Positions 8,630 through 17,634 of a stretch of 33,542 nucleotides of DNA are shown one piece after another. The stretch comes from a virus (lineage: Duplodnaviria > Caudoviricetes): positions 1 to 33,542 of the IMG/VR virus record IMGVR_UViG_3300038673_000846. One strand, 5' to 3'. The stretch's first letter is position 1, and each line of letters begins with the position of its first letter. Position numbers and translations under genes: made by a program. The notes under the pieces were generated by a model. That model did not search any database. It worked only from the letters and a program-made list of their open reading frames with translations, and was not told the origin of the DNA.

Positions 8630-11367
8630 TATAGCTTATCTCGCAGGGTAATATTCATCAATTCGAGCTGCTCCTGGATATTCACCAGGCGCGCGTTGTG
8701 CCTGGTGTTGGTGGCGATCTCAGCCTGGTAAGCCAAAGCCTGGCGCATGTCGGCCGAAGCCTGAAGCATCTGGCGGGTGACCTCCTTGAGGTCGAAACGG
8801 ATCCCCATCAGGTTACCGGCTATCATGCCTCCGGTCTCCTCAGTGATTCCGGTGATTGTGCCGGTGAGTCCCTTGGTATCGGTCGTGCTGGCGCCCATGT
8901 CAATGCCGATGGTCTTCAGAGCTTCGCGGGCTGCAGCAAAAGCTGGAGCAACGGACTCTGAAAGTTGCTGGATCGTACTCTTGAACATAGCTGCCTCCCA
9001 CGGCTCAAGACCGTCGGCCGAATTCTTCATCAGCTGATCCATGGCCTCCTGAACCGGAGCTGTCAGGTATTTTGCTGACAGGGTGGAGACCATGATCCGT
9101 TTGATCACGTTATCGACACTGTCACCCCATGCTTCGGCCCCTTCAATGCCACTTAGGAAAGCCTCAGCCAGGGAATCTGACAACTGAGTGAAGGTAGTAC
9201 CTGTGAGCTGAGAAGTGATATCATCGATTTTACCGGCCACGGCGTTGTATGATTCCAACAAAGCCTCAATTGACTCCCGCTGATCGTTATTCAGATTTCC
9301 ACTGATGAGCTTTTTTGTAAGCTCCTCGATCTCACCTTTAATGAGTTTGTAGTTATTGACGTACCCCTGTAAAATGTTGATTAAATCCATTTCAAACAGT
9401 TGTCCGTACCCCACATTGCGGGTGGCATAGTTCAGGGATTCGGCCTCTTTTTTCAATTTCTTGAGTTCCTTTTCCAGGCGGGCAAGACTGAGAGACGCAT
9501 TATTACTGCCCAAATTCGACAAAGATTCCTGGGCAGTGTTTATTGATGTAACAGTCCTGTCTATTTCTTCGCGCAGATCCTCGAAATGGACCGACATCTT
9601 TTCCGTAATACCCCCTAAGGTGGAGATAAGACCACCAATGATCTTCACAGCTCCTGAAACGTAATTCCCGGAAGCTATATCTGCAATCCCGCTCGCGAAG
9701 TCTATGGCATGGTTGAGAGCCTCTACCTGATCTTCGGTTAAACCGAGCTGTTCACGATACTGGTTCGTGATTTCAGCGACACCGTATAAGGCATCATTTA
9801 CGTAAGCTGCATATTTTTTAACCGTTTCTGGATCAAGTTCTCCTAACTCACGGGCCTTTTTGAAATTTTCTTTGATTTTCTTTCCGAGTTTATCCAACTC
9901 AAGACCAACTTTTTCTATTTCCTTTATTTTGGATGGAAATATTTTATCCACGTCGAAGCCGAGAGGCTCTATTTTGTCAGGCACCGCAGTATTGCGTGCG
10001 GCCAGAATAGCAGCTTCAGCCACATCCATCCTTAACTGCAGCTCTTTCTGGAGCTGAATGATCCGATCGGCCATCTGCTTGCGCTCTGCATCTCCGGCAT
10101 CAAGGATCTGCTTGTTCAGTTGTTCCAGCTCGGCAGCCAGCTTTTCAACGCCGGTGATATCGGCTTCGGCCGACTGTTTTGCCAGCGTGTTGGTTTGACG
10201 GCTTAAAGACCTAAGTTCATCGGCACGTTGTCCTTGCAGCCTGATTATATTGGCTTCCTGATTTATGAGCTCCTGTTTATCGGCCTTTGTCTTATCGTCA
10301 AGGTCTGCCAGACCTTTCGAAATGTCATACTTCTCCTGAGCCAGAGAGATCTCCTTATTGTAAAGCGCATTGACTTCACTGGCCGCCTGCTTCATGTAAC
10401 TGAGACGCTCCGATGCAGGAGTATCCGTATCGGTCGCTTTGAACCTGAGTTCCGATATTTTTGTTTCAGCCTTTGCCCGTTCCAGGGCGAAGTCACGGTT
10501 CTTGGCCTCCCACTGGTTCAGCTGCCTGGTCAAATCAACGCGGGCTTTTGTTTTTCCAACGGCATCGGTCATCCAGTTGGTCAATTTTGGCCCCGCGTCT
10601 TCAATGCCTGTTACAAATTGAGTCGATGCGTTCTTTATATCGGTAAGGCCTGATTTCCATTCCCCCTGGAAGATCTTCATGATTCCCCTGGCGGCATCAC
10701 CGATGGCATCGAGCCGGTTGATCACCTGGCCTTTCATGAATTCAACCAGGTCGCCAAGGGCCTCCTTTGGTTTCGTGAAAGCCTTGAAAAGCCATTCACC
10801 CACCTTCTCAACAGGGTCAAGCAGGCTTTCAAGCACCTGCTTGAAGATGGCGCTGGTACGAGCCAGTGCGTTCTCTCCCTCCTCGGAACTCTTGAACCAG
10901 GTGGTCAGGGCTTTGAGGGCTACCACGATGGCAGCTATCACTGCCCCGATCGGAGTGGCAATAAACCGCAAGGCCGCCTTTGTCATCATCTCCATCTCGG
11001 AAGCCGCGGCCCCAACCGGACCTGGAAGACCCTTTATGGAATCCATGAAACTGCGGTTCTGACCTTCGGCCCGTTTGATGGAATTCTCCAGTCCTCCGAT
11101 CTGCTCTGTAAGGATCCTGCCAAATTCCGAATTTCTTCCCTCTTCGCTCAGTTCAGCGTAGATGGCTTTCAGGGCCCTGAGTTTCTCCTGCATCCCGGCT
11201 ATGGAATCGGACGATTTATCAAAGCTTTCTCCGAAGGCTTCGCCGAACTTAGCAACCTGGTCCTGGAGAGCCTTGCTCTCACCAGCCACCGTCTGTGACA
11301 CCCTGCGAAGCTGGGCGTCCACGTCACCACGGAGTACAAATTCTATATCAACTGGTCCTACTGCCAT
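8629..11367 (-). CDS. Tail tape measure protein
   Basis: 912 aa, helical Ala/Glu/Lys-rich, hydrophobic ATPIGAVIAAIVVAL segment, C-terminal GITEETGG...IATNTRHN motif; after the tail chaperone. Confidence 0.9.
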   Translation of the reverse strand: MAVGPVDIEFVLRGDVDAQLRRVSQTVAGESKALQDQVAKFGEAFGESFDKSSDSIAGMQEKLRALKAIYAELSEEGRNSEFGRILTEQIGGLENSIKRAEGQNRSFMDSIKGLPGPVGAAASEMEMMTKAALRFIATPIGAVIAAIVVALKALTTWFKSSEEGENALARTSAIFKQVLESLLDPVEKVGEWLFKAFTKPKEALGDLVEFMKGQVINRLDAIGDAARGIMKIFQGEWKSGLTDIKNASTQFVTGIEDAGPKLTNWMTDAVGKTKARVDLTRQLNQWEAKNRDFALERAKAETKISELRFKATDTDTPASERLSYMKQAASEVNALYNKEISLAQEKYDISKGLADLDDKTKADKQELINQEANIIRLQGQRADELRSLSRQTNTLAKQSAEADITGVEKLAAELEQLNKQILDAGDAERKQMADRIIQLQKELQLRMDVAEAAILAARNTAVPDKIEPLGFDVDKIFPSKIKEIEKVGLELDKLGKKIKENFKKARELGELDPETVKKYAAYVNDALYGVAEITNQYREQLGLTEDQVEALNHAIDFASGIADIASGNYVSGAVKIIGGLISTLGGITEKMSVHFEDLREEIDRTVTSINTAQESLSNLGSNNASLSLARLEKELKKLKKEAESLNYATRNVGYGQLFEMDLINILQGYVNNYKLIKGEIEELTKKLISGNLNNDQRESIEALLESYNAVAGKIDDITSQLTGTTFTQLSDSLAEAFLSGIEGAEAWGDSVDNVIKRIMVSTLSAKYLTAPVQEAMDQLMKNSADGLEPWEAAMFKSTIQQLSESVAPAFAAAREALKTIGIDMGASTTDTKGLTGTITGITEETGGMIAGNLMGIRFDLKEVTRQMLQASADMRQALAYQAEIATNTRHNARLVNIQEQLELMNITLRDKL

Positions 11368-11612
11368 TATGTAAGAAAATTAATGAGGTCTTTTTCGCTT
11401 TCAATTGGTCCCCCGTGCCTGACCTTTTTGGAGGTCACAAAGCGCGGGGCATCGGCCAACATCATCTGTAAATTCACCCAGCTGATGCCATCGAGGATAT
11501 ATCCGACTGTCCACCCTGTCGCGCTGGCTATGCTCCAGATGTGGCCCCAAGGGCTATTCAGGCCGACGGTTCGCCCTGTTGACTCCCTCGAAGATCCTGG
11601 CTCAGATTTTTC
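11367..11612 (-). CDS. Tail assembly chaperone C-terminal extension (gpGT-like), reached by -1 frameshift; not in the ORF track
   Basis: The -1 frame relative to 11558-12046 reads ...VGLNSPWGHIWSIASATGWTVGYILDGISWVNLQMMLADAPRFVTSKKVRHGGPIESEKDLINFLT*, has no ATG before the MM near its end and stops in a TAATG overlap with the tape measure start. Confidence 0.75.
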   Translation of the reverse strand, partial: EKSEPGSSRESTGRTVGLNSPWGHIWSIASATGWTVGYILDGISWVNLQMMLADAPRFVTSKKVRHGGPIESEKDLINFLT

Positions 11613-12046
11613 GGAGCTGTTACCCTCATTGTGCCGATCAATCTGATAGAGGTCGTAAAATCCTGCACCCCCGAGAAGGCCACGGTCACCAGGGTGATCT
11701 CGCCGAGTTTGCGGGCCGTAAGGTTATTGATCAGCCACCATTCGAGGATCCTCTGGAACACGGCGCTCCTTATGCGGCCATTGAGCATGAGCGTAGCCAC
11801 GATCTTCACCACTGCAGGGGTATGGTCAACAACGGCCTTGTGTGCGGTTTCCACGTCACCAGTGAGCTTCTCAAGCTGAAAACCAGAGCGCAGCGCTATG
11901 GAGGCCACCTTCAGCAGCGTGCGCAGCGTAGGCTGGTGAAATGTTACTGCTATGGTCTTGCGGAAGGGAAGAAAAAAAGGGGCAGGTAATTTCACCCTTA
12001 CCCCTTTTTCGAGTATTGTTTCCGCGACTTTCGCTTCAATGCTCAT
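11558..12046 (-). CDS. Tail assembly chaperone (lambda gpG-like)
   Basis: Between tail tube and tape measure genes; likely start MSIEAKV at 12046, just after the tail tube stop. Confidence 0.75.
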   Translation of the reverse strand: MSIEAKVAETILEKGVRVKLPAPFFLPFRKTIAVTFHQPTLRTLLKVASIALRSGFQLEKLTGDVETAHKAVVDHTPAVVKIVATLMLNGRIRSAVFQRILEWWLINNLTARKLGEITLVTVAFSGVQDFTTSIRLIGTMRVTAPKNLSQDLRGSQQGEPSA

Positions 12047-12053
12047 GTTTCCA

Positions 12054-12563
12054 TCAGGATTCAGGGGATTCATCAAGCTTCTCGATGACAATGGGCGCGG
12101 TGTTGGCTTTCTCAGGGGTGAGGATCTTGGCCTCGATATCAATCAGGGCGACGCCTTTCTTGCGGAACTGCATGTTCAATTTTGCCACGATCTTGGCCCT
12201 GGGGATCTGGATACGGACGTCCTTCTTGCTGAGGATCTCGATCGACTTCTCAATGGGATCCATAATGGTGGGAGAATGCCAGGCTCCATTACTGGAGGTG
12301 CCACCCAGAACCTTTACCATCTCATCGGGATCGAAATTCATGATCGACCACTTGACGCTTTTTGACGCCTTGCTCTCGATCACTTCCTCCGGATCATCAT
12401 TCTCCTCGGAGAAGATCTCAGTGATCTCGGGATCGCCCTGGACCAGTTGAGCCGTATCCTGGTAGGTTACACCAAGCGCAGCAAGGGAGGACCCCATGCC
12501 GCCATCTTCGGCCGGATCGCCGATCTTGATGTATTTTAATCCGATACTTCTTATTTCAGACAT
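12054..12563 (-). CDS. Major tail tube protein
   Basis: 169 aa, SIGLKYIKIG...LGVTYQDTA...IQIPRAKI beta-rich pattern; precedes the chaperone and tape measure genes. Confidence 0.75.
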   Translation of the reverse strand: MSEIRSIGLKYIKIGDPAEDGGMGSSLAALGVTYQDTAQLVQGDPEITEIFSEENDDPEEVIESKASKSVKWSIMNFDPDEMVKVLGGTSSNGAWHSPTIMDPIEKSIEILSKKDVRIQIPRAKIVAKLNMQFRKKGVALIDIEAKILTPEKANTAPIVIEKLDESPES

Positions 12564-12592
12564 ATGCTTTGATTATTTGAGATTTTAAACTA

Positions 12593-12620
12593 AGGGCGCC
12601 GCCCCGGAAGCGGACGCCCT
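12593..12620 (-). terminator. GC hairpin after the capsid gene (partial terminator or mRNA stabiliser)
   Basis: Minus strand AGGGCG-T-CCGC...GCGG-CGCCCT followed by TAGTTT (weak U tract), between capsid stop and tail tube start. Confidence 0.5.
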
Positions 12621-12642
12621 ATCTTGCATCACTGGTTGGTTA

Positions 12643-13698
12643 CTATTGAGAAGCATCCTGAACGATAGCGAGCAGACCGGCCACATCACTGCGCATAGGA
12701 CGGCCACCTGCGCGCACCAGGAAGGAATAGATGTCTCCGTAGTAGGTGGGGCTGGAAAGGTCCTCGAACATATTGACCTCGCCAAGGGCGCGGCATACGG
12801 AGTTTTCATGCCAGCAGAGTACGGCGCCGTGGTCGGTAGTGGCACCGGCAGCGGTCCAGGCTTTTGCAGCCAGGGAAGTATCATACCGTCCCGCCTTGCT
12901 GCGCAGCATGACATTGAAGCCCATGAGCTTCCCGACGATGCCGCGGGCCACATCGGCCTGGGCATGGAAGGCAGTGGCATCCTTGTCGGTCAGGCTGGTC
13001 AAAAGCTGGCTGTACATGACGGCATCGACCAGAGCATAACGGCCTTCCTGGGGAACATCCGCTTTATTGAATTCCCCCATCGCGGTCAAAAAGTCAGTCA
13101 CGACCAAAGCTTTCCGGTTGTTGGTAGCGCTCGGCACATGGGCCAATACGGCGGAACCGGTAGTGCGTATGCACTTGGCTGCAGCAGGAGACCATTTGGT
13201 AATGAAGTCGTCACCCACCACACTGATCAGGTTGGCACGATCCACCCTGAGCACACTGTCACGTTTACTGTAGCTAAGTTCAACCGTTTCTGCGTTGGGG
13301 ATCCGGATAGGGTCGGTAGTGAATTCATCCAGATCAAAGCTTAAATCAGTATCGACACGCGCGCTGACCGTGGCAGGAAACTCGCTGCGGTTCTTCACGA
13401 CAGAAGACGCAGTACCCGCATTGGGTATTCTGACGGTCTTCCCCTGGTTGACGAACTCGTCGGCATTGAATGCCTTGCTCAAAAACGAGTTGTCAGCGAA
13501 GAGTCCTTCGACTATAGTAGCCATCCAGATCTCTTTCTGGATAGCCATAGAGAGCACGCCCTGAGGCTGAGGGAGGAAGGAGAGCCCTACCAGGACCCCC
13601 GACACGGCATAGGGGTTCAACCCCACGGCCACATTGGCCACTGCTCCGCCCATCAGGGCGAAGGTGAGCACGAAAAGAACGGAAAGGAATTTTTTCAT
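12643..13698 (-). CDS. Major capsid protein (HK97-fold, P22 coat-like) with ~50-aa hydrophobic N-terminal extension
   Basis: MAIQKEIW...GKTVRIPNAG...VPQEGRYALVD...GIVGKLMGFNV...YYGDIYSFLVRAGG; downstream of the protease/scaffold gene. Confidence 0.85.
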   Translation of the reverse strand: MKKFLSVLFVLTFALMGGAVANVAVGLNPYAVSGVLVGLSFLPQPQGVLSMAIQKEIWMATIVEGLFADNSFLSKAFNADEFVNQGKTVRIPNAGTASSVVKNRSEFPATVSARVDTDLSFDLDEFTTDPIRIPNAETVELSYSKRDSVLRVDRANLISVVGDDFITKWSPAAAKCIRTTGSAVLAHVPSATNNRKALVVTDFLTAMGEFNKADVPQEGRYALVDAVMYSQLLTSLTDKDATAFHAQADVARGIVGKLMGFNVMLRSKAGRYDTSLAAKAWTAAGATTDHGAVLCWHENSVCRALGEVNMFEDLSSPTYYGDIYSFLVRAGGRPMRSDVAGLLAIVQDASQ

Positions 13699-13718
13699 AT
13701 TACTCTTGAAAATTTTGG

Positions 13719-14162
13719 TTAGGAGATGGGGGTTGAAAGCAGGTCAATCGAGTACCTCGAAACAGGGAGCCCGATGGGCAGGAAGACGAGTCCGTCGAAT
13801 ACGAAGCTGAAATATTCCGAGTTGGTGATTCCCACCACCACGGTCAGCTCCTCAGCGAACCCGTCGCCGAAAGTCACCTGCTGGGTGGTCTTGCCCTCAG
13901 CCAGGTCGATCTTCACGTGGAGCTTGGATCCGGCGGTTACTGCCTCGTCAATGTCGAGGTCAATCGTTACGTCTCCGGCGAGCGCTTCGGGCTGGAGGAA
14001 GGTTTCAGCAGCCTTTATTTCCACGTCGAGTGTGGCTGCATAATCGGGAGCGAGCACCTGTGAGCAGGGGAAGATAACCTCCTGGTCACCGATATCTTCA
14101 TGCGGGGTAACGAAATTGAATTCGTTATACGTCCCATCTGCTTTACGCTTGATCCAGGTCAT
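13719..14162 (-). CDS. Acidic virion protein, possible capsid decoration protein
   Basis: Start MTWIKRK at 14162 just after the protease stop; beta-rich; located between scaffold and capsid genes. Confidence 0.5.
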   Translation of the reverse strand: MTWIKRKADGTYNEFNFVTPHEDIGDQEVIFPCSQVLAPDYAATLDVEIKAAETFLQPEALAGDVTIDLDIDEAVTAGSKLHVKIDLAEGKTTQQVTFGDGFAEELTVVVGITNSEYFSFVFDGLVFLPIGLPVSRYSIDLLSTPIS

Positions 14163-14166
14163 GAAG

Positions 14167-15150
14167 TCAAGATTTTGCAGTTTTCTTTCCGAAGCGGAGC
14201 TCGAACTTTTCGGCATAGACATCCGGGTATTTGGATTTGAGCAGAGTCAGTTTCCCTGACTTGTCAAGGTCGTCCCAGTCTCTTCCGGCCAGGTCGGCCA
14301 GTTCGGCATTGGCGGTTTGGGTCTGCGCCTCGATCATGGCGGTAACGCTCTTGCGAACGGGGATGGCTTCCAGTGTAGCCTTGGCGGCATCGAAATCAGA
14401 GTCGAAAAGTTTCAGGAAGTTTTCCCTGGCTTTTGCGTCAATTTGGCCGGCGGCGATAGCAGCGTCGACCAGAGCAACGGCCTGTGCAGTCTTTGCATCC
14501 TTGGCCGCCTGGTTGAATTCATCAATGCGGGAAGACAGAGCGACATTTTCCGAGCGGAGCCGGTCGTTATCGCCAAGAACAGCCTGCACAGCGGCGGTTA
14601 CTTCGGCCTCTGTGGCCGTGTCCGCCAGTTTCAAAATAACTGCGAGTTGTTTCATATCTGCGTGCGGTAATGGTGTCGTAGTTGACAGGTCGAAGAGTTT
14701 CATCACCTCCTCGTTTTCCACCAGGTCACCGGTGGTGCGGTCATAAAAGGCCAGGGCGTTGTGGTTGGCCGGGATCGTGACGATCGACGCCTCACGCGCC
14801 ATCCATTTTTTTATGGTGACCTGGCGTTTTCCTGTAACCTGGTCATATGACTCCAGGGAATCCTCAGGATTTGGGACCCAGGCACCAATCGAGGCGGCGC
14901 GAATGAAATTGCGCTCCACCTTGTCTGCCACCTGGCGGGCCACCGGGTCGTTGTCGTCAAAAACAGGATCGGCGAGAATCTTCGTTCCATCCACCCTGAT
15001 GTTCTCCCAGCGGCCGATCGGCATGGACCAGTCGTTGTGGTTGAGAAGCAGTACTGGGTTTTTGCGGAATTCCGTCAGATCACCTCCTGAGACGAGCATC
15101 CGGAATCCCCGAGTATTCCATGATTCGTCGTGAAGAACGAAACTTTTCAT
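14167..15150 (-). CDS. Prohead maturation protease fused to a scaffold domain (Mu gpI/gpZ-like)
   Basis: NPVLLLNHN (His), PIGRW, IRAASIG (Ser), REASIVTIPAN are HK97-type protease motifs; Ala-rich helical C-terminal half. Likely start MKSFVLHDE at 15150. Confidence 0.88.
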   Translation of the reverse strand: MKSFVLHDESWNTRGFRMLVSGGDLTEFRKNPVLLLNHNDWSMPIGRWENIRVDGTKILADPVFDDNDPVARQVADKVERNFIRAASIGAWVPNPEDSLESYDQVTGKRQVTIKKWMAREASIVTIPANHNALAFYDRTTGDLVENEEVMKLFDLSTTTPLPHADMKQLAVILKLADTATEAEVTAAVQAVLGDNDRLRSENVALSSRIDEFNQAAKDAKTAQAVALVDAAIAAGQIDAKARENFLKLFDSDFDAAKATLEAIPVRKSVTAMIEAQTQTANAELADLAGRDWDDLDKSGKLTLLKSKYPDVYAEKFELRFGKKTAKS

Positions 15151-15224
15151 AGGCAACTTTTTTATGTTTTTTGCACTTTCAACGGGTCTAAGTAATATGT
15201 TCATCAACTCGCAATCAACTTTCT

Positions 15225-15260
15225 CTGCAACGGTTGCAACTTTTACTGCAACGGTTGCAG
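15225..15260. promoter_or_regulatory. Twin palindromic operators TGCAAC-G-GTTGCA between the divergent late operons
   Basis: CTGCAACGGTTGCAA (15225-15239) and CTGCAACGGTTGCAG (15246-15260), 21 bp apart. Confidence 0.75.
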
Positions 15261-15265
15261 ACTTT

Positions 15266-15297
15266 TTTGTCATAATATTCCGCTGCATCTACCTTCG
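15266..15297 (+). promoter_or_regulatory. Putative Bacteroidota-type promoter of the terminase operon
   Basis: TTTG(15266-69)-N20-TACCTTCG(15290-97), one mismatch to TAnnTTTG; 18 bp upstream of the small terminase start. Confidence 0.5.
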
Positions 15298-15315
15298 TTC
15301 TGAAAAAACACCTTT

Positions 15316-15765
15316 ATGAGCATGACCAGGAAAGACCGGGAAAAACTCAAGGAGCTGGCAAAGCTTCTTTTCGTGCATGAAACCCTGTCTCAAAAAGAAG
15401 TAAGCGCCCGCATCGGAGTTTCCGAGCAGACGATAAGTAAATGGTCTAACCAGGACAACTGGGACCAGTTCCGCGTTTCCATCACGATCACAAAGGAGGA
15501 GCAGCTACGTAACCTGTACCGGCAGCTCGCAGAGATCAACAAGACCATAGCCGAGCGCGACGGTCAGAAATTCGCGTCTCCGGGCGAAGCAGATTCCATT
15601 GCCAAGCTGGCCACGGCCATTGAGAAAATGGAGACTGACGTGGGGATCTCCGACATCGTTTCGGTGAGCAAGAAGTTCTTGAACTGGCTCCGGAAAACTG
15701 ACTTGGTTAGAGCCCAGGATCTCACTCCACTTTTTGATGGTTTCATCAAGGATAACATGCGATGA
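15316..15765 (+). CDS. Terminase small subunit (HTH; Mu gp27-like)
   Basis: AKLLFV...SQKEVSARIGVSEQTISKW...W helix-turn-helix; ATGA overlap with the large terminase. Confidence 0.85.
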   Translation: MSMTRKDREKLKELAKLLFVHETLSQKEVSARIGVSEQTISKWSNQDNWDQFRVSITITKEEQLRNLYRQLAEINKTIAERDGQKFASPGEADSIAKLATAIEKMETDVGISDIVSVSKKFLNWLRKTDLVRAQDLTPLFDGFIKDNMR

Positions 15766-17291
15766 AAAAGCTCAAACCAGACGAGAAATACGCCATACGC
15801 GACTGGGATGAGTTCCGCAAAGCGCTGCTGCAATCCACAACTGTCGATGATACTGAGACGCATAGTGAACGCCAGAAGCGCATCATAAGGCTTGAGAAAG
15901 ACCATGAAGCCTGGTTCGCCTACTATTTCCCAAACTACTACACCTCCAAACCAGCGAAATTCCATACCAGGGCAACCCGGCGGCTGATGGAAAATAAGCG
16001 GTGGTATGAGGTACGGGCCTGGAGTCGAGAGCTGGCCAAGTCGGTGCGATCGATGATGGAAACCCTCAAGCTCTCGCTTACCGGTCAGATCCGCAATGTC
16101 CTGGTCATATCCAACTCGGGAGACAATGCCGAAAGGCTTTTAATGCCCATCATGATCAACCTGGAGAGTAACCGCCGAATCATCAATGACTACGGGATGC
16201 AGGTAAAACCAGGAAACTGGGAAACAGGTGAGTTCACTACCATGGGGGGCGTATCCTTCAGGGCCCTTGGAGCAGGACAAAGTCCGCGTGGTACCCGCAA
16301 TGAGGCCCACCGGCCCGACTTTATCCTGGTCGATGACATAGACACCGACGAAGAGACCCGCAATCCTGACCGCATTCAGAAGAAATGGGAGTGGATCGAG
16401 CAGGCGCTTATTCCGACCGTCAGTGTTTCAGGTAACTATCGCATCCTCTTCAATGGTAATGTCATCGCCCGCGACTGCTGCATCACCAGGGCGATGGAAA
16501 AGGCCGACCATGTAGACGTGATCAACATCAGGGGGAAAGACGGGAAATCCTCCTGGCCAGAGAAAAACAGCGAGGCCGACATTGACAAGATCCTGTCAAT
16601 CATCTCAACGGCATCTGCAGAAAAGGAATATTTCAACAACCCGGTTTCGATCGGTGACGTCTTCACTGAAATGACCTGGGGAAAAGTTCCATCGCTATCA
16701 TCCTTCCGGTTTTTGGTCAATTACGGCGACCCGGCACCAAGCAACTCGAAGAACGGCAAGGGATCCTATAAGTCGACCTTCCTGGTGGGATGCCATCAGG
16801 GAACCTTCTACGTCATCACCGGCCACCTGGATCATGTCACCAACGATGAATTCACCAACTGGTTCTATGATACCAGGGATTATGTTGGCCAGCAAACCCA
16901 GCTCTACAACTACATTGAGAACAACACCCTTCAGGATCCATTCTATCAGCAGGTCTTTATCCCCCTGTTCACCAAGAAGGGAGAAGAAAAGGGATTCCTG
17001 GGGATACTTCCTGACGAGCGGTCGAAACCCGACAAGTTCAGTCGTATTGAGGGCAACCTGGAACCATTGAATCGTACCGGTCGTCTCATACTGAACGAGG
17101 CTGAAAAAGGGAACCCGCACATGAAGCGTCTCGAAGAGCAGTTTCTCCTGGTGAACCCGCGCCTGGCGGCTCCGGCCGACGGCCCCGACTGCGTGGAAGG
17201 TGGCGTGTGGATAGTCAACCAGAAGCTTACAGCCCTTACATCAGGATCCTACAAGGTGGGTCAGAAACCAAAGAGTAAAAAACGTTTTTAA
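15762..17291 (+). CDS. terL: Terminase large subunit
   Basis: Variant Walker A WSRELAKS, GQSPRG, Walker B FILVDDID, nuclease YGDPA and DGPD motifs. Confidence 0.9.
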   Translation: MKKLKPDEKYAIRDWDEFRKALLQSTTVDDTETHSERQKRIIRLEKDHEAWFAYYFPNYYTSKPAKFHTRATRRLMENKRWYEVRAWSRELAKSVRSMMETLKLSLTGQIRNVLVISNSGDNAERLLMPIMINLESNRRIINDYGMQVKPGNWETGEFTTMGGVSFRALGAGQSPRGTRNEAHRPDFILVDDIDTDEETRNPDRIQKKWEWIEQALIPTVSVSGNYRILFNGNVIARDCCITRAMEKADHVDVINIRGKDGKSSWPEKNSEADIDKILSIISTASAEKEYFNNPVSIGDVFTEMTWGKVPSLSSFRFLVNYGDPAPSNSKNGKGSYKSTFLVGCHQGTFYVITGHLDHVTNDEFTNWFYDTRDYVGQQTQLYNYIENNTLQDPFYQQVFIPLFTKKGEEKGFLGILPDERSKPDKFSRIEGNLEPLNRTGRLILNEAEKGNPHMKRLEEQFLLVNPRLAAPADGPDCVEGGVWIVNQKLTALTSGSYKVGQKPKSKKRF

Positions 17292-17301
17292 TCCTATTCA
17301 T

Positions 17302-17634
17302 ATGATGCTTAAACGCCTTTTAAAAAACATCAGGGGGCTGTGGGTCAGATTCCGGGGCCGCCCTGCAGCACTGAAAAGGGAGATCGAAAGGGCCAACGCC
17401 CTTTGCCTGAAAAACAAGAAGCGCTACCGGGTATTCTTTCTTAACGGGAGATACACCTCCATGACACGCACCCAGGTGCAGTGGAAAAAACATACCGGCG
17501 ACTGGGGGCGTCATGTGAACATGACCAAAATGGAACCTATGGAGTTCTATGACACCCTTGACGGGATGTCTACCATAGGAAAGAAAGTTTTAAACCACAA
17601 AAAACACCGCAATGGCATTTTTGACCACCAGTGA
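17302..17634 (+). CDS. Basic hypothetical phage protein
   Basis: 110-aa ORF filling the gap between terL and the gp36-like gene, same strand. Confidence 0.6.
   Translation: MMLKRLLKNIRGLWVRFRGRPAALKREIERANALCLKNKKRYRVFFLNGRYTSMTRTQVQWKKHTGDWGRHVNMTKMEPMEFYDTLDGMSTIGKKVLNHKKHRNGIFDHQ

Noticed and set aside
12054-12563. Contractile Mu-type (myovirus) tail
   Set aside because: No sheath or baseplate wedge genes; the tube-chaperone-tape measure-Dit-hub order indicates a siphovirus tail.
4817-15133. Numerous plus-strand ORFs (e.g. 6835-7644, 12646-13344, 5155-5778)
   Set aside because: Antisense shadows of well-supported minus-strand structural genes in GC-rich DNA; no motifs.
15151-15288. N-terminal extension of the protease ORF (KKSATVAVKVATVAEK repeat)
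   Set aside because: The peptide repeat is just the translation of the twin operator DNA; the likely start is 15150.
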